Of a stretch of 64,000 nucleotides of DNA, positions 19,194 through 29,233 are shown piece by piece. A program made the position numbers and the translations under genes. Position 1 is the first letter of the stretch. Each line of letters starts with the position of its first letter. The notes under the pieces were generated by a model. The model was given only the letters and a program-made list of their open reading frames with translations. It did not search any database and was not told the DNA's origin. The DNA lies in assembly GCA_965263035.1 (NCBI GenBank), contig OZ253580.1, positions 1,440,001-1,504,000 of the forward strand, in the 5' to 3' direction. This stretch comes from Acidobacteriota bacterium. Lineage in GTDB: Bacteria > Acidobacteriota > UBA6911 > RPQK01 > JAJDTT01.

Positions 19194-19287
19194 AAAGTGT
19201 GAGTCAAGATTCCGTCAACTCAATCGTGCCGAACTCCCGGCCGATTCGTCCGTCCCGTTACTGACAGAGCGAGTCGTGTAGAATGCA

Positions 19288-21609
19288 GTGGTGCCTCGTC
19301 GAAACAAACCCTCCTCCCGCAAGAAGCCGTCCCCCCGCCGGCGCCGCTTTCTGGTCTGGGCGACGTGCGCCGTCCTGATCATCGCGGCGGCCGTGGCCGG
19401 GTCCCTCACCGGCCTGGTTCTGACCTGGGGAATCGAACTGGCTCAAGTCGATGAGCTGCAGGAGACCCGGCCGAACGTCATCTCCGAGGTCTATTCGGCG
19501 GACGGGCGGGTGCTGGGCATTTTCGCGGTGGAGAAGAGGCAGATCGTCACCTACGACAAGATTCCGGACACGGTGAAGAACACGATCCTGGCGGCCGAAG
19601 ACTCGGGCTTCTTCCGGCACGCCGGCATCGACTTCCGCCGCCTCATCTACACCATCTTCCGGAACATCGTCTATGGAGAACGAAAAGGCGCCTCCACCAT
19701 CACCATGCAGTTGAGCAAACTGCTGCTGACCAGTCCCGAGGTGACGATCAAGCGCAAGATTAAGGACATGATCTTCGCCATCCAGATCGAGCGCACCCTG
19801 TCCAAGGATCAGATCCTCACCCGCTACGTCAACCAGATGTACATGGGGCACGGAAGATACGGACTGGCGGCCGCTTCCGAGTTCTACTTCCAGAAAACCT
19901 TGGACGAGCTGCAGTGGCACGAAGCGGCCCTGTTGGCCGGCCTGATTCGGACGCCCGCCAGGTATTCCCCCCTGCATCACCCGGACTTGGCCGTGAAGCG
20001 AAGAAACTGGGTTCTGGAGCGAACTTACGATGAGGGCTTTATCGACGCGGAGAGGCTGCGAACCAATATGCAGGCGCCCCTGGGCCTGAAGACCTGGACC
20101 CGGCAGCAGACGCCGGCCTCCTACTTCGTGGAATGGGTGCGCCAGTATCTGGAGAAACGGTTCCCCGGCGGGGAGATCCACAGGAGAGGCCTGAAGATTT
20201 ACACGACTCTGGACTACGAACTTCAGGCGGCGGCCGAAACGGCGCTTCGTGACGGATTGAAGGCGTTCGACAAGAAGCGGCGAAGATGGCGCGGCGCCGA
20301 AGAGAACATTCTCAAGGCCGGGAAAGAGCTGGACGGGTACTGGCGTTCCGATTGGGACACCATTTTCGCCCCCGGCCAGATGGTTCACGGCCTCGTTCTT
20401 CAATCGGACGAGCGTACGGCAGAGGTGAAGGTCGGCGGCTACCGGGCCACGGTCCGGCCCAACCACGTGGACTGGACCGGAAAGAAGAGTTTGGACCAGG
20501 TCCTCAAAGCGGGTGACGTCTGCGCCTTCACCCTGGAGAGCATCAACCGTGAGGAGCGGACCGTCGAAGTGAAGCTGGACCGGGTTCCCGAGGTCCAGGG
20601 GGCGCTGATGGCCATCGAGAGCGGCACCGGCGCCATTCGTGCCATGGTGGGAGGTTTCGACTTTCGATACAGCAAGTTCAATCGAGCCACCCAGGCTCTG
20701 AGACAACCCGGTTCCGTTTTCAAGCCCTTCACCTACGTGGCCGCGGTGGAAAGCGGCTATTCGCCCGAGGACACGGTTCTGGACAGCCCGGTGGAATTTC
20801 TGGACGGTCTGGGCCGCCCCTACCGGCCGCAGAACGCGGACGAGAAATACAAGGGGCTCATCCCCATCCGTCAGGCCTTGGCGGAATCGCGAAACGTCCC
20901 CACGCTACGTCTGGCCAACGCCATGGGCGTTGAGAGAGTCGTCGAAGTGGCGCACCGGTTCGGAATCGAACGGGAAATCCCACTCTATCTCCCCACCGCT
21001 CTGGGAGCGGGCGAGGTCACTCTGGAGGAGATCACGTCCGCCTTCAGCGCGTTCCCCAACGGCGGGGTCCGGGTCCACCCCCATTTCATCGACCGGGTGG
21101 AAGACTCCAACGGTGTTCTTCTGGAGCGCCACGAGGCCGGCGTGGATGAGGTCGTCACCCGGGAGACCGCCGAAGCGATGCTGGACCTGTTGAGAAACGC
21201 GGTCCTGGCTGGAACCGCCCGCAAGGCCCGGAGTCTGCCGATTCCGGTCGCCGGGAAGACGGGCACCACCAACGACTGTACCGACAGCTGGTTCGTGGGA
21301 TTCAGCAAGCTGCTGACGGCCGGCGTCTGGGTGGGGCACGACACCAAGATCTCGATGGGTAAAAGGGTCTACGGCAGCACACTGGCCCTTCCCATCTGGA
21401 TCGATTTCATGAAGGAGACCGTGGGCAAGACTCCGCCGGGAAACTTCGGCACGGAACTTTACGCCGCCCGTCGAGCCACTTCAGCTCCTGCACCGGTGGA
21501 AGAGGCGGACCCCGATGAGGGAGAGCCCGAACAGCAGGAGCAACCCGCCGTGAAACCGGATCCGCTACCGAACATCGTGGTGGAGGACATCCCCGCACCT
21601 TCTTTCTGA
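19288..21609 (+). CDS. mrcA: Class A penicillin-binding protein 1A
   Basis: EDSGFFRHAGID and GASTITMQL transglycosylase motifs; SVFK, SRN, KTGT transpeptidase motifs. Confidence 0.92.
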   Translation: MVPRRNKPSSRKKPSPRRRRFLVWATCAVLIIAAAVAGSLTGLVLTWGIELAQVDELQETRPNVISEVYSADGRVLGIFAVEKRQIVTYDKIPDTVKNTILAAEDSGFFRHAGIDFRRLIYTIFRNIVYGERKGASTITMQLSKLLLTSPEVTIKRKIKDMIFAIQIERTLSKDQILTRYVNQMYMGHGRYGLAAASEFYFQKTLDELQWHEAALLAGLIRTPARYSPLHHPDLAVKRRNWVLERTYDEGFIDAERLRTNMQAPLGLKTWTRQQTPASYFVEWVRQYLEKRFPGGEIHRRGLKIYTTLDYELQAAAETALRDGLKAFDKKRRRWRGAEENILKAGKELDGYWRSDWDTIFAPGQMVHGLVLQSDERTAEVKVGGYRATVRPNHVDWTGKKSLDQVLKAGDVCAFTLESINREERTVEVKLDRVPEVQGALMAIESGTGAIRAMVGGFDFRYSKFNRATQALRQPGSVFKPFTYVAAVESGYSPEDTVLDSPVEFLDGLGRPYRPQNADEKYKGLIPIRQALAESRNVPTLRLANAMGVERVVEVAHRFGIEREIPLYLPTALGAGEVTLEEITSAFSAFPNGGVRVHPHFIDRVEDSNGVLLERHEAGVDEVVTRETAEAMLDLLRNAVLAGTARKARSLPIPVAGKTGTTNDCTDSWFVGFSKLLTAGVWVGHDTKISMGKRVYGSTLALPIWIDFMKETVGKTPPGNFGTELYAARRATSAPAPVEEADPDEGEPEQQEQPAVKPDPLPNIVVEDIPAPSF

Positions 21610-21818
21610 CGGGCGCCGAAGAGGCTCGCCGTGACATTCGACGGCCTTTGAACCCCATGCGTCCGCTCTGGAAACCGACACTGAAGCTTCGGGTTCAGGG
21701 AACCAAATCGTAACGGATTCCGAAAAAGCTGAGCCGATTCGGAATCCACTCCGAAATCGTTCAACTGCGCAGGCCACTCCACGGTGGTCATTCCCCCGGG
21801 TGGCACTCCGGTATATTT

Positions 21819-22817
21819 TCAGTTGTTTCGATTCAGGACAAAGTCGGGCACCTGGAGGAGGGCGTCCCGGTAGATGGAATCGGGAAAGACCGCAATTGCA
21901 TCCCTGGCCTGTTTGGCGTAGGCCTGGGATCGTAGCTTCAGCTCGTCCAAAGCTCCGTACTTCCAGACCAGGCTCAGGATCTCCTGCTTGTTGGCATCGC
22001 TGAAATCGTGCTCGAGAATCACCTGCCGGAGAAAGTCCCTTTCCGCCGGGCCAGCCCGCCGAAGCATGAAGATGATGGGGAGCGTCATCTTTCCCTCTTC
22101 CAGGTCCTTGAGGACCGGCTTGCCCATGTCCTTCTGGGCGGAGGTATAGTCGAGCTGGTCGTCCACCAGTTGGAAGGCCATCCCCAGGGACCGGCCGTAG
22201 AGGGCAAGACCCTCCTCCCGAGCCGGATCCATGTTCCCCAGAATCGCTCCCAGACGGCCGCAACCGGAGAAGAGGTATGCCGTCTTGTAGAGACTGATCT
22301 CCAACTGCTGTTGCTCGGTGACCTCCATGCGCCCCTCCTGCTCCAACTGCAGGAGCTCCCCCTCCACCATCTTGCGGGTGATGTCGATGAGGATGTCCAG
22401 GATCCTCATCGACCGCTCCTTCATGGCGATCTGGAAGGAGGTCATGTAGAGCCAGTCGCCCATGAGGACCGTAATCTGATTGCCCCACTTGGCGTTGACC
22501 GAGGGCCGTCCACGGCGGACGTCGCTGTTGTCGATGATGTCGTCGTGGACCAGGGTGGCCACGTGGATCAACTCCACCACCACACTCAGCCGCAACGCCG
22601 CTTCGGTAGGCGCCCCGCAGAGCTTGGAAGCCAGAAGCAGGACCGCCGGCCGAAGCCGTTTGCCACCGCTCGTGTGCAGATACCGATTGATGTCGTTGAC
22701 CAGCGGAATGGCGCTTTGGATCTCCGAATCGAGGCGGGTCTCCACCTCGGCCAGATCCGATTTCACCAGCAGGAAAATGTCTTTCAGAGTGAGCCGGCGG
22801 CTAATCTGCACGTCCAT
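21819..22817 (-). CDS. ispB: Polyprenyl (octaprenyl-type) diphosphate synthase
   Basis: GGKRLRP, LVHDDIID, FQLVDDQLD; start moved to ATG 22817. Confidence 0.88.
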   Translation of the reverse strand: MDVQISRRLTLKDIFLLVKSDLAEVETRLDSEIQSAIPLVNDINRYLHTSGGKRLRPAVLLLASKLCGAPTEAALRLSVVVELIHVATLVHDDIIDNSDVRRGRPSVNAKWGNQITVLMGDWLYMTSFQIAMKERSMRILDILIDITRKMVEGELLQLEQEGRMEVTEQQQLEISLYKTAYLFSGCGRLGAILGNMDPAREEGLALYGRSLGMAFQLVDDQLDYTSAQKDMGKPVLKDLEEGKMTLPIIFMLRRAGPAERDFLRQVILEHDFSDANKQEILSLVWKYGALDELKLRSQAYAKQARDAIAVFPDSIYRDALLQVPDFVLNRNN

Positions 22818-22963
22818 ACCTGGGTCTACGGTCCCGGGATTGCAGGGCCATCGGGGAAAGCCCCATTCTCCGACGATCTTCACGCCCGTCCGCAGGACTA
22901 CGGCCGTTTCTCCGGTTGCGCTCGCGGCGTCTCCCTGCAAATAACGTGAAAACTATATCAACG

Positions 22964-23782
22964 TCAATTTGAGACTGCCAATCCGCCCGGGCCCCGAAGG
23001 GAACCGACGCCGAACAATCTCTCGAAGTTTGATCTGGTGCGCTCGCCGACCTGTTCCAGGGTCAGGGCCCGGATTCTCCCCAGTTCCCGCGCGACTTCCA
23101 CCACCCGGGAAGGCTCGTTGGTCTTGCCCCGGAAGGGAACTGGGGCCAGGTAGGGCGAGTCGGTTTCGATCAGAATCCGGTCCACCGGCAAACGGCTCGC
23201 CAACGCTCGGAGCGAATCGGACTTGCGAAAGGTGAGGATACCCCCCAGGCCGATGAAAAATCCTCGATCCAGGCAGCGCCGGGCAGTCGGCTCATCGGAG
23301 GTGAAGCAATGGACCACTCCGTTGAGTCCCTCCCCGCTTGGGTACTTCTCCTCCAGAATCGAGCAGATGTCATCCTCGGCCTTCCTGGAGTGGATCACGA
23401 TGGGTTTACCGGCAGCCTGAGCCAGCTCGATCTGTGCCAGGAATGCCTCCCTCTGAGCGTCGAGGCCGGAGTTCAGGTAGTGGTAGTCCAGACCGATCTC
23501 ACCCAAGGCCAGAGCCTTGGGATGCCGCAACAGATCGGCCAGCTCGGAGGCGATGCCGTCCGAAAAGAAGCGCGCGTCGTGAGGGTGCACGCCGAAGGCC
23601 GCCCAGAGGAAATCGTACCGGTCCAACAGTTTCAGCGTGGTCTCGACAGAATCACGATTCTCTTCCAGGCAACAGATGGTCAGAATCGACTCCACTCCCG
23701 CCTGCCGTGCCCGGGACAGGACTCCCTCCAGGTCGGATTGCAGGGCGGAGGAATCGAGATGGGCGTGGGAGTCAACGAACAC
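22964..23782 (-). CDS. tatD: TatD family hydrolase
   Basis: DSHAHL, GVHPH, GEIGLDY, ETDSPYL. Confidence 0.93.
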   Translation of the reverse strand: MFVDSHAHLDSSALQSDLEGVLSRARQAGVESILTICCLEENRDSVETTLKLLDRYDFLWAAFGVHPHDARFFSDGIASELADLLRHPKALALGEIGLDYHYLNSGLDAQREAFLAQIELAQAAGKPIVIHSRKAEDDICSILEEKYPSGEGLNGVVHCFTSDEPTARRCLDRGFFIGLGGILTFRKSDSLRALASRLPVDRILIETDSPYLAPVPFRGKTNEPSRVVEVARELGRIRALTLEQVGERTRSNFERLFGVGSLRGPGGLAVSN

Positions 23783-23803
23783 TGGACGATCTCCAGCCGC
23801 CGC

Positions 23804-25744
23804 TCAGGTCAGAACCGACCCCAGGCGGACCTCTTCGGTGAAGGTGGCCAGGACCGGTTTTCCTCCGTCCGAAGCCGCCACGATCATCCCGTTGGATTTC
23901 ACACCCATGAGCTTGGCCGGTTTGAGATTGGTCACGATGACGACCAGACGGCCCGGCAGAGACTCCGGCGAATACTGTTCGGCGATTCCCGCCACCACCT
24001 GGCGGACCTCGGACCCCAGATCCACCTTGAGCTTGAGGAGACGGGTCGACTTGGGGATGGACTCGGCGCTCACGATCCGGGCCACCTGCATCCGGACCTT
24101 GGCGAACTCCTTGATGTCGATGCGGGCATCTTCCTGGCCACCGGCCGCCGTCTTCTTCGGTTCGGCGCCCGCAGCCGCGGCAGCGGAGCTGGGAGCGCGT
24201 CGATTCTTCACTTTCACTCGAAACTCCTTCTTGTCCAGGCGCGGATAGATGTGTCCCAACTTTCCGATGGTGGAACCGCTCTCCAGACCGGCCCACTCCA
24301 GAGAGGAAATCCGATGATCTTCCAGGCGACGGCGAATACCGAGCTGGCTCAGTATGGCGGCCGCCCCCTCAGGGACGATGGGGGCCAGCATCAGCGCGAT
24401 CAATCGCAGCGCCTCGGCGGCGTGGTACAGGACACTCCCCAGTTGCGTCCGGCGGCTCGGGTCCTTGGCCAGAATCCAGGGTTCGTTGACCACCAGGTAC
24501 TTGTTCACCCGGCTGATCAGCTCCCAGACGGCCTCCATGGCCTTGTTGATCTGGAGATCCCCGAACCGTTCCCGGTAGAGTTGCGCGGTCTCGCCGCAGA
24601 AATCCCGGAGTTCCCGACCCTTCTCGTCCGATTCTCCCGCGTCCGGAATGACGCCGCCGAAATAGCTGCGGATCATCTTCAGCGTGCGTTGGGCCAAATT
24701 GCCCAGATCGTTGGCCAGGTCGCTGTTGACCCGCGTTCGAAGCCCGTCGAAGGAAAAGTTTCCGTCTGAGCCCAAAGGAATCTCCCGGAGCAGGAAATAG
24801 CGGAAGTAGTCGGTCTGCACCACGTTCGAGAGCTCGGCGGCGGTAACGAAGTTGCCTTTGGATTTGGACATCTTCTCCCCTTCGATGGTCCACCATCCGT
24901 GGCTCAGGATCCGCTTGGGAGGAGCCAGGCCGGCCGCCATCAGGAACGCCGGCCAGAAGACGGCGTGAAAGCGAAGGATGTCCTTGCCGATGAGGTGGAC
25001 GTCTACCGGCCACCAGGTCTCGAACTTCTCGTCGTCGGTGCCGTAGCCCATGCCCGAGATATATCCGGTGAGGGCGTCGAACCAGACGTAGAAGATGTGC
25101 TTCTCGTCGTCCGGGACGGGGATGCCCCAGCGAAATGAGGTTCGACTGATGCTCAGGTCCTGAAGACCGCCTTCGACGAAGCGGACCACCTCGTTCATTC
25201 GGGTGCGAGGGACCACGAAGTCAGGGTTCTCCCGGTAGAACCGGAGCAGTTTCTCCTGAAACGCCGACAGCTTGAAAAAATAGCTGTCCTCGGTCATGAA
25301 CTCGGTGGGCCGCCCGCAGTCGGGACAATTCCGGCCTTCCGCCACATAGGCCTCGCAACCCACGCAATAGTTGCCTTGATACTGACCGAGATAGACGCTT
25401 CCGCTCTTCTTGACTGCCCGGAAGAGCTTGGCGACGGCGCGATAGTGACGCTCCTCGGTGGTACGTATGAACTCGTCGAAGCTCAAACCGAGCCGCTCCC
25501 AGGTGTTTCGAAACTTGGCGGCATAGGTGTCCACCAGTTCCTGGGGCTCGATGCCCTGTTGCCGCGCCGACCGCTCGATCTTGAGACCGTGCTCGTCGGT
25601 GCCGGTCAGAAAGGAGACGTCGTCGCCGCACATTCTCCGGTAGCGGACGATGGCGTCGGCGATGACGGTGGTGTAGGTATGCCCGACGTGGGGCACGTCG
25701 TTGACATAGTAGAGAGGAGTCGTGAGATAGAAGGTCTTGGACAT
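23804..25744 (-). CDS. metG: Methionine--tRNA ligase
   Basis: HVGH and KMSKS signatures, YVWFDAL, C-terminal tRNA-binding domain. Confidence 0.96.
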   Translation of the reverse strand: MSKTFYLTTPLYYVNDVPHVGHTYTTVIADAIVRYRRMCGDDVSFLTGTDEHGLKIERSARQQGIEPQELVDTYAAKFRNTWERLGLSFDEFIRTTEERHYRAVAKLFRAVKKSGSVYLGQYQGNYCVGCEAYVAEGRNCPDCGRPTEFMTEDSYFFKLSAFQEKLLRFYRENPDFVVPRTRMNEVVRFVEGGLQDLSISRTSFRWGIPVPDDEKHIFYVWFDALTGYISGMGYGTDDEKFETWWPVDVHLIGKDILRFHAVFWPAFLMAAGLAPPKRILSHGWWTIEGEKMSKSKGNFVTAAELSNVVQTDYFRYFLLREIPLGSDGNFSFDGLRTRVNSDLANDLGNLAQRTLKMIRSYFGGVIPDAGESDEKGRELRDFCGETAQLYRERFGDLQINKAMEAVWELISRVNKYLVVNEPWILAKDPSRRTQLGSVLYHAAEALRLIALMLAPIVPEGAAAILSQLGIRRRLEDHRISSLEWAGLESGSTIGKLGHIYPRLDKKEFRVKVKNRRAPSSAAAAAGAEPKKTAAGGQEDARIDIKEFAKVRMQVARIVSAESIPKSTRLLKLKVDLGSEVRQVVAGIAEQYSPESLPGRLVVIVTNLKPAKLMGVKSNGMIVAASDGGKPVLATFTEEVRLGSVLT

Positions 25745-25749
25745 GGCCC

Positions 25750-26976
25750 CTATTCCGTCTCAGTCGCCTCGCGGATCGCCATCTGTCTCAGATTCTTCAA
25801 CGGAAGACGGGTCCTTTCGGCGATCCTTTTCAGGTCTTCGTACTCGGGCCAGACGGTGACCGCCTCTCCCCGAAAGCGTCCCACCTTGACTCGAACCGTT
25901 CCGTGCCCGGTCTCCACCTCCCGGATCTCGCGCTCTAGGACCCAGCGCCGCCAGGGTTTCCACCGAATTCCCAAGGTCGTCGTCTCCCGGAAGATGAGAC
26001 TCATCATACGATCCCGGTCCTGGGGACGGCAGAGCACCGATAGATGGTGTCCGGGCCTTCCTTTTTTCATCTGCTGGGGAGCGCAGCGGACGTCCAGAGC
26101 GCCTTCGCCCATAGCCGTTTCCATAAAGTAGCCGATGGCCTCCGGATCCAGGTCGTCGATATCGGCTTCCAGGACCAGGATCTCTTCGTCACGCACTCCT
26201 TCGGCGGCCGTCGGGGAGGGTTGTTCCTCGCCGGCTTCGCAACCGAGGACCAGCCTCAACATGTTGGGAATTCCGGGCAACTCCCGGTCTCCGGCCCCGA
26301 AGCCCCATCGGTCCAGAGTCCAAGCGGGCGTCGCGGCGCCGGGCGCCGCCAGCGTGGTTACGATGGCCGCCCCGGTGGGCGTGGTCAGCTCCGCCTGCAC
26401 CTCCCCCATGACCACGGGATAGCCGCGGACCAAGTGAGCGGTCGCGGGTGCGGGGACGGGCCAGGTGCCATGGGAGAAGGTCACGGTGCCGCCGCCCAGG
26501 CTCAGGGGACTCGAGAAAAAACGGCGGGCGCCGAAATAGTGGAATCCGATGCAAGCTCCGACGATATCCACGATGGCGTCCACCGCGCCCACTTCATGAA
26601 AGTGAACATGCTCCACCGATTCTCCGTGGACGGCCGCCTCCGCCCTGGCCAGCCGCCGAAATACCGACAGCGCCATTTCCTTGACCGGATCCTCCAGCCC
26701 ACTCCTTTCGATCAGCCCGTAGATCTGCCCTGGCGTGCGTCCATGGGAGTGCCGTCCATTCTCGATCTCGACACGGAAGTCGATCCCCGAGAGTCCGTTC
26801 CGGTCGATCTTGCGGGCGGTGAGGCGATAGGGCTCGAGCGGCAACGAAGCGAGCCGCCGCCGAAGGTGATCCAAGGGGAGCCCCAGATCCAGCAACCCTC
26901 CCAGGATCATGTCCCCGCTCACGCCGTTGAAGGCGTCGAAGTAGAGTATGCGATCCCGGCCGCCGTCCGTTCCCAT
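25750..26976 (-). CDS. larC: Nickel pincer cofactor biosynthesis protein LarC
   Basis: GVSGDMILG, HFHEVGAVDAIVDI, ELTTPTG, ETTTLGIR, PEYED. Confidence 0.92.
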   Translation of the reverse strand: MGTDGGRDRILYFDAFNGVSGDMILGGLLDLGLPLDHLRRRLASLPLEPYRLTARKIDRNGLSGIDFRVEIENGRHSHGRTPGQIYGLIERSGLEDPVKEMALSVFRRLARAEAAVHGESVEHVHFHEVGAVDAIVDIVGACIGFHYFGARRFFSSPLSLGGGTVTFSHGTWPVPAPATAHLVRGYPVVMGEVQAELTTPTGAAIVTTLAAPGAATPAWTLDRWGFGAGDRELPGIPNMLRLVLGCEAGEEQPSPTAAEGVRDEEILVLEADIDDLDPEAIGYFMETAMGEGALDVRCAPQQMKKGRPGHHLSVLCRPQDRDRMMSLIFRETTTLGIRWKPWRRWVLEREIREVETGHGTVRVKVGRFRGEAVTVWPEYEDLKRIAERTRLPLKNLRQMAIREATETE

Positions 26977-27114
26977 CCCGCACACAATAGCACGGCCGGA
27001 GAGGAAAATAGGAAAGGAGGAAAGGAGGAAAGCGAGAAGAGGGAGTGTTTGGATAGCGTAGATTTGGAAGAAAAAACGATTCAGCCGCTGACACCTTTGG
27101 CCGTCCAACCGGAT

Positions 27115-27149
27115 CCCGGGTTGCTCCCTTGCACTCGCCGCAACCCGGG
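27115..27149. repeat. Inverted repeat inside a purine-rich/pyrimidine-rich intergenic region
   Basis: CCCGGGTTGC-N15-GCAACCCGGG, flanked by an AG-rich tract (27000-27045) and a CT-rich tract (27168-27239). Confidence 0.6.
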
Positions 27150-27272
27150 TGGCCGATCTCCCAAGTCCTCATCTCCTCCTCTCGTTTCCCACGACTCATC
27201 CCCCTTTATTCTCTTTCCTCTTTTCTCTTTCCTCCCCCCGGAACCCCCTCCGGCGTCTGATATCATTGGCCC

Positions 27273-29231
27273 ATGTTGCTGCGCCGGGCCCGCCAGAGTG
27301 AGGCGTTGTTCCGGGAATTCGTGCGCGAACGGTTTTCCTTGGAACTGGGGTCCGCCGCCGCCAAATCGCCACCGAGGATCGAGTTCGGGGATCTGGCCTT
27401 CGCCTTTCCCTTCGAATTGGCCCGGAGCCTGCGGCGAGCTCCCCGTGACATCGCCCTGGAGATCGCCGCCAACTTCCGGATGCCCTCCTGGATGGAAAGG
27501 GTCGAGGCGGCCGGAGGCTACGTCAACATCTATCTGAAGCGGGATCGATTCCTGGCCGATCTCCAGGACTCCCTCTCCACATCGCCGGAACCGGAACGCG
27601 GACCGAAGATCATCGTCGAGCACACCAATATCAACCCCAACAAGGCGGCTCACATCGGACATCTCCGGAACGCGGTCCTGGGCGACACCTTCGGCCGTCT
27701 GTTGCGCTCTCGGGGCCATTCGGTGGAGATTCAGAACTACATCGACGACACCGGCGTTCAGGTCGCCGACGTCGTGGTTGGATTCCAGCAGTTGCGGGAA
27801 TTGAACTTGGAGCAGGTCCGGGCGATTCCCGAACCCTTCGATTACTACTGCTGGGACCTGTACGCCCAAGTCTGCGACTGGTATGGACAGGAGGACTCGC
27901 GCCTCGAGCATCGCCGCCGCACACTTCGAGAGATCGAGGAGGGAGAGGGCGAGACCAGCCGGATGGCCGAGCACATTTCCCTCCGCATCGTGAACGCCCA
28001 CCTGCGAACCATGTGGCGCATCGGCGTCCGTTACGACGTCCTTCCCCGCGAAAGCCAGATCCTGAGGGAGAGATTCTGGGACGAGGCCTTCGACCGGCTC
28101 AAACAGCGCAAGGCCATCACCCACGTTGCGGACGGACCCAACCGAGGTTGCTGGGTGATGCGGCTGCCAGGCGAGAACGGTCAGCCTGCGGAGGAGAAGA
28201 TCATCGTCCGCAGCGACGGGACCGTCACCTACGTGGGCAAGGACATTGCCTATCAACTCTGGAAGTTCGGCTTGCTGGACAAGAACTTTCGCTACCGGGT
28301 CGTGCACCGTTACCCGGACCGGGACCAGGTCTGGATGACCAGTTCCGACGGAGCCTCCGACGTCGAGAAGGACTTCGGACGCGGCCAGAGTGTCTACAAC
28401 GTCATCGACGTTCGCCAATCCTACCTGCAGCGGGTGGTGGTCCACGGCCTTCGCAGCCTGGGCCACGAAGTCCCCGCCGACCATTCCACCCACTTTTCCT
28501 ACGAGATGGTGGCTCTCTCCCTGAAGTGCAGCCAAGAACTGGGGATCGAACTCTCGGAGGCGGACCGGGCCAGACCCTACGTGGAGGTCTCCGGACGCAA
28601 GGGACTGGGGGTCAAGGCGGATGATCTGGTGGACAAGCTCATCGAGAAGTCACTCCTGGAAGTGGCCAACCGCCAGCCGGACCTGACCCACGAGGCGCGG
28701 CTGCGGATCGCCACTCAGATCGCCGTTGGATCCCTGCGGTATTTCCTCCTCAAATATGCCCGCAACTCGGTCATCGCCTTCGACTTCGGGGCGGCTCTGA
28801 GCTTCGAGGGAGAGACCGGCCCCTATCTGCAATATTCGGTGGTGCGCGCCAACAACATCTTCCGCAAGCTGCGGTCCCAGGGGGGCGTCACGGTGGATCA
28901 CGACCAGGAGGATCCGCAGAGGAATCTGCGGGAGTACCCGGAACAGTTCGCCGATCTGCTTCAGGACGATCAGATCTGGAAGTTGTTGCTTCAGGCTGGA
29001 AGGTCGGAAGGCGCCACCGAGCAGTCCCTCAAGACCCTGGAAATGTCCTACCTGGCCAAGCACGCCTTCTCACTGGCCCAGATCTTCAACATCTTCTACC
29101 ATAGCCATCACATCCTTTCGCAGAAGGACTCGCGGAAGCAGACCTGTTATCTGGCGGTGGCGGACACGGCGCGCCGGGCCATGACGCGGTCTCTCGCACT
29201 CCTGGGCATCGAAGTTCCGGAAAGAATGTAG
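27273..29231 (+). CDS. argS: Arginine--tRNA ligase
   Basis: NPNKAAHIGHLRN, SGRKG, FEGETGPYLQY, C-terminal GIEVPERM. Confidence 0.95.
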   Translation: MLLRRARQSEALFREFVRERFSLELGSAAAKSPPRIEFGDLAFAFPFELARSLRRAPRDIALEIAANFRMPSWMERVEAAGGYVNIYLKRDRFLADLQDSLSTSPEPERGPKIIVEHTNINPNKAAHIGHLRNAVLGDTFGRLLRSRGHSVEIQNYIDDTGVQVADVVVGFQQLRELNLEQVRAIPEPFDYYCWDLYAQVCDWYGQEDSRLEHRRRTLREIEEGEGETSRMAEHISLRIVNAHLRTMWRIGVRYDVLPRESQILRERFWDEAFDRLKQRKAITHVADGPNRGCWVMRLPGENGQPAEEKIIVRSDGTVTYVGKDIAYQLWKFGLLDKNFRYRVVHRYPDRDQVWMTSSDGASDVEKDFGRGQSVYNVIDVRQSYLQRVVVHGLRSLGHEVPADHSTHFSYEMVALSLKCSQELGIELSEADRARPYVEVSGRKGLGVKADDLVDKLIEKSLLEVANRQPDLTHEARLRIATQIAVGSLRYFLLKYARNSVIAFDFGAALSFEGETGPYLQYSVVRANNIFRKLRSQGGVTVDHDQEDPQRNLREYPEQFADLLQDDQIWKLLLQAGRSEGATEQSLKTLEMSYLAKHAFSLAQIFNIFYHSHHILSQKDSRKQTCYLAVADTARRAMTRSLALLGIEVPERM

Positions 29232-29233
29232 GC

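Noticed and set aside
19140-19200. DnaA-box-like cluster (TGTGGAACT, TGTTGACAA, TGTTGAAAA) suggesting oriC
   Set aside because: All have two or more mismatches to TGTGGATAA; no dnaA/dnaN context or AT-rich unwinding element.
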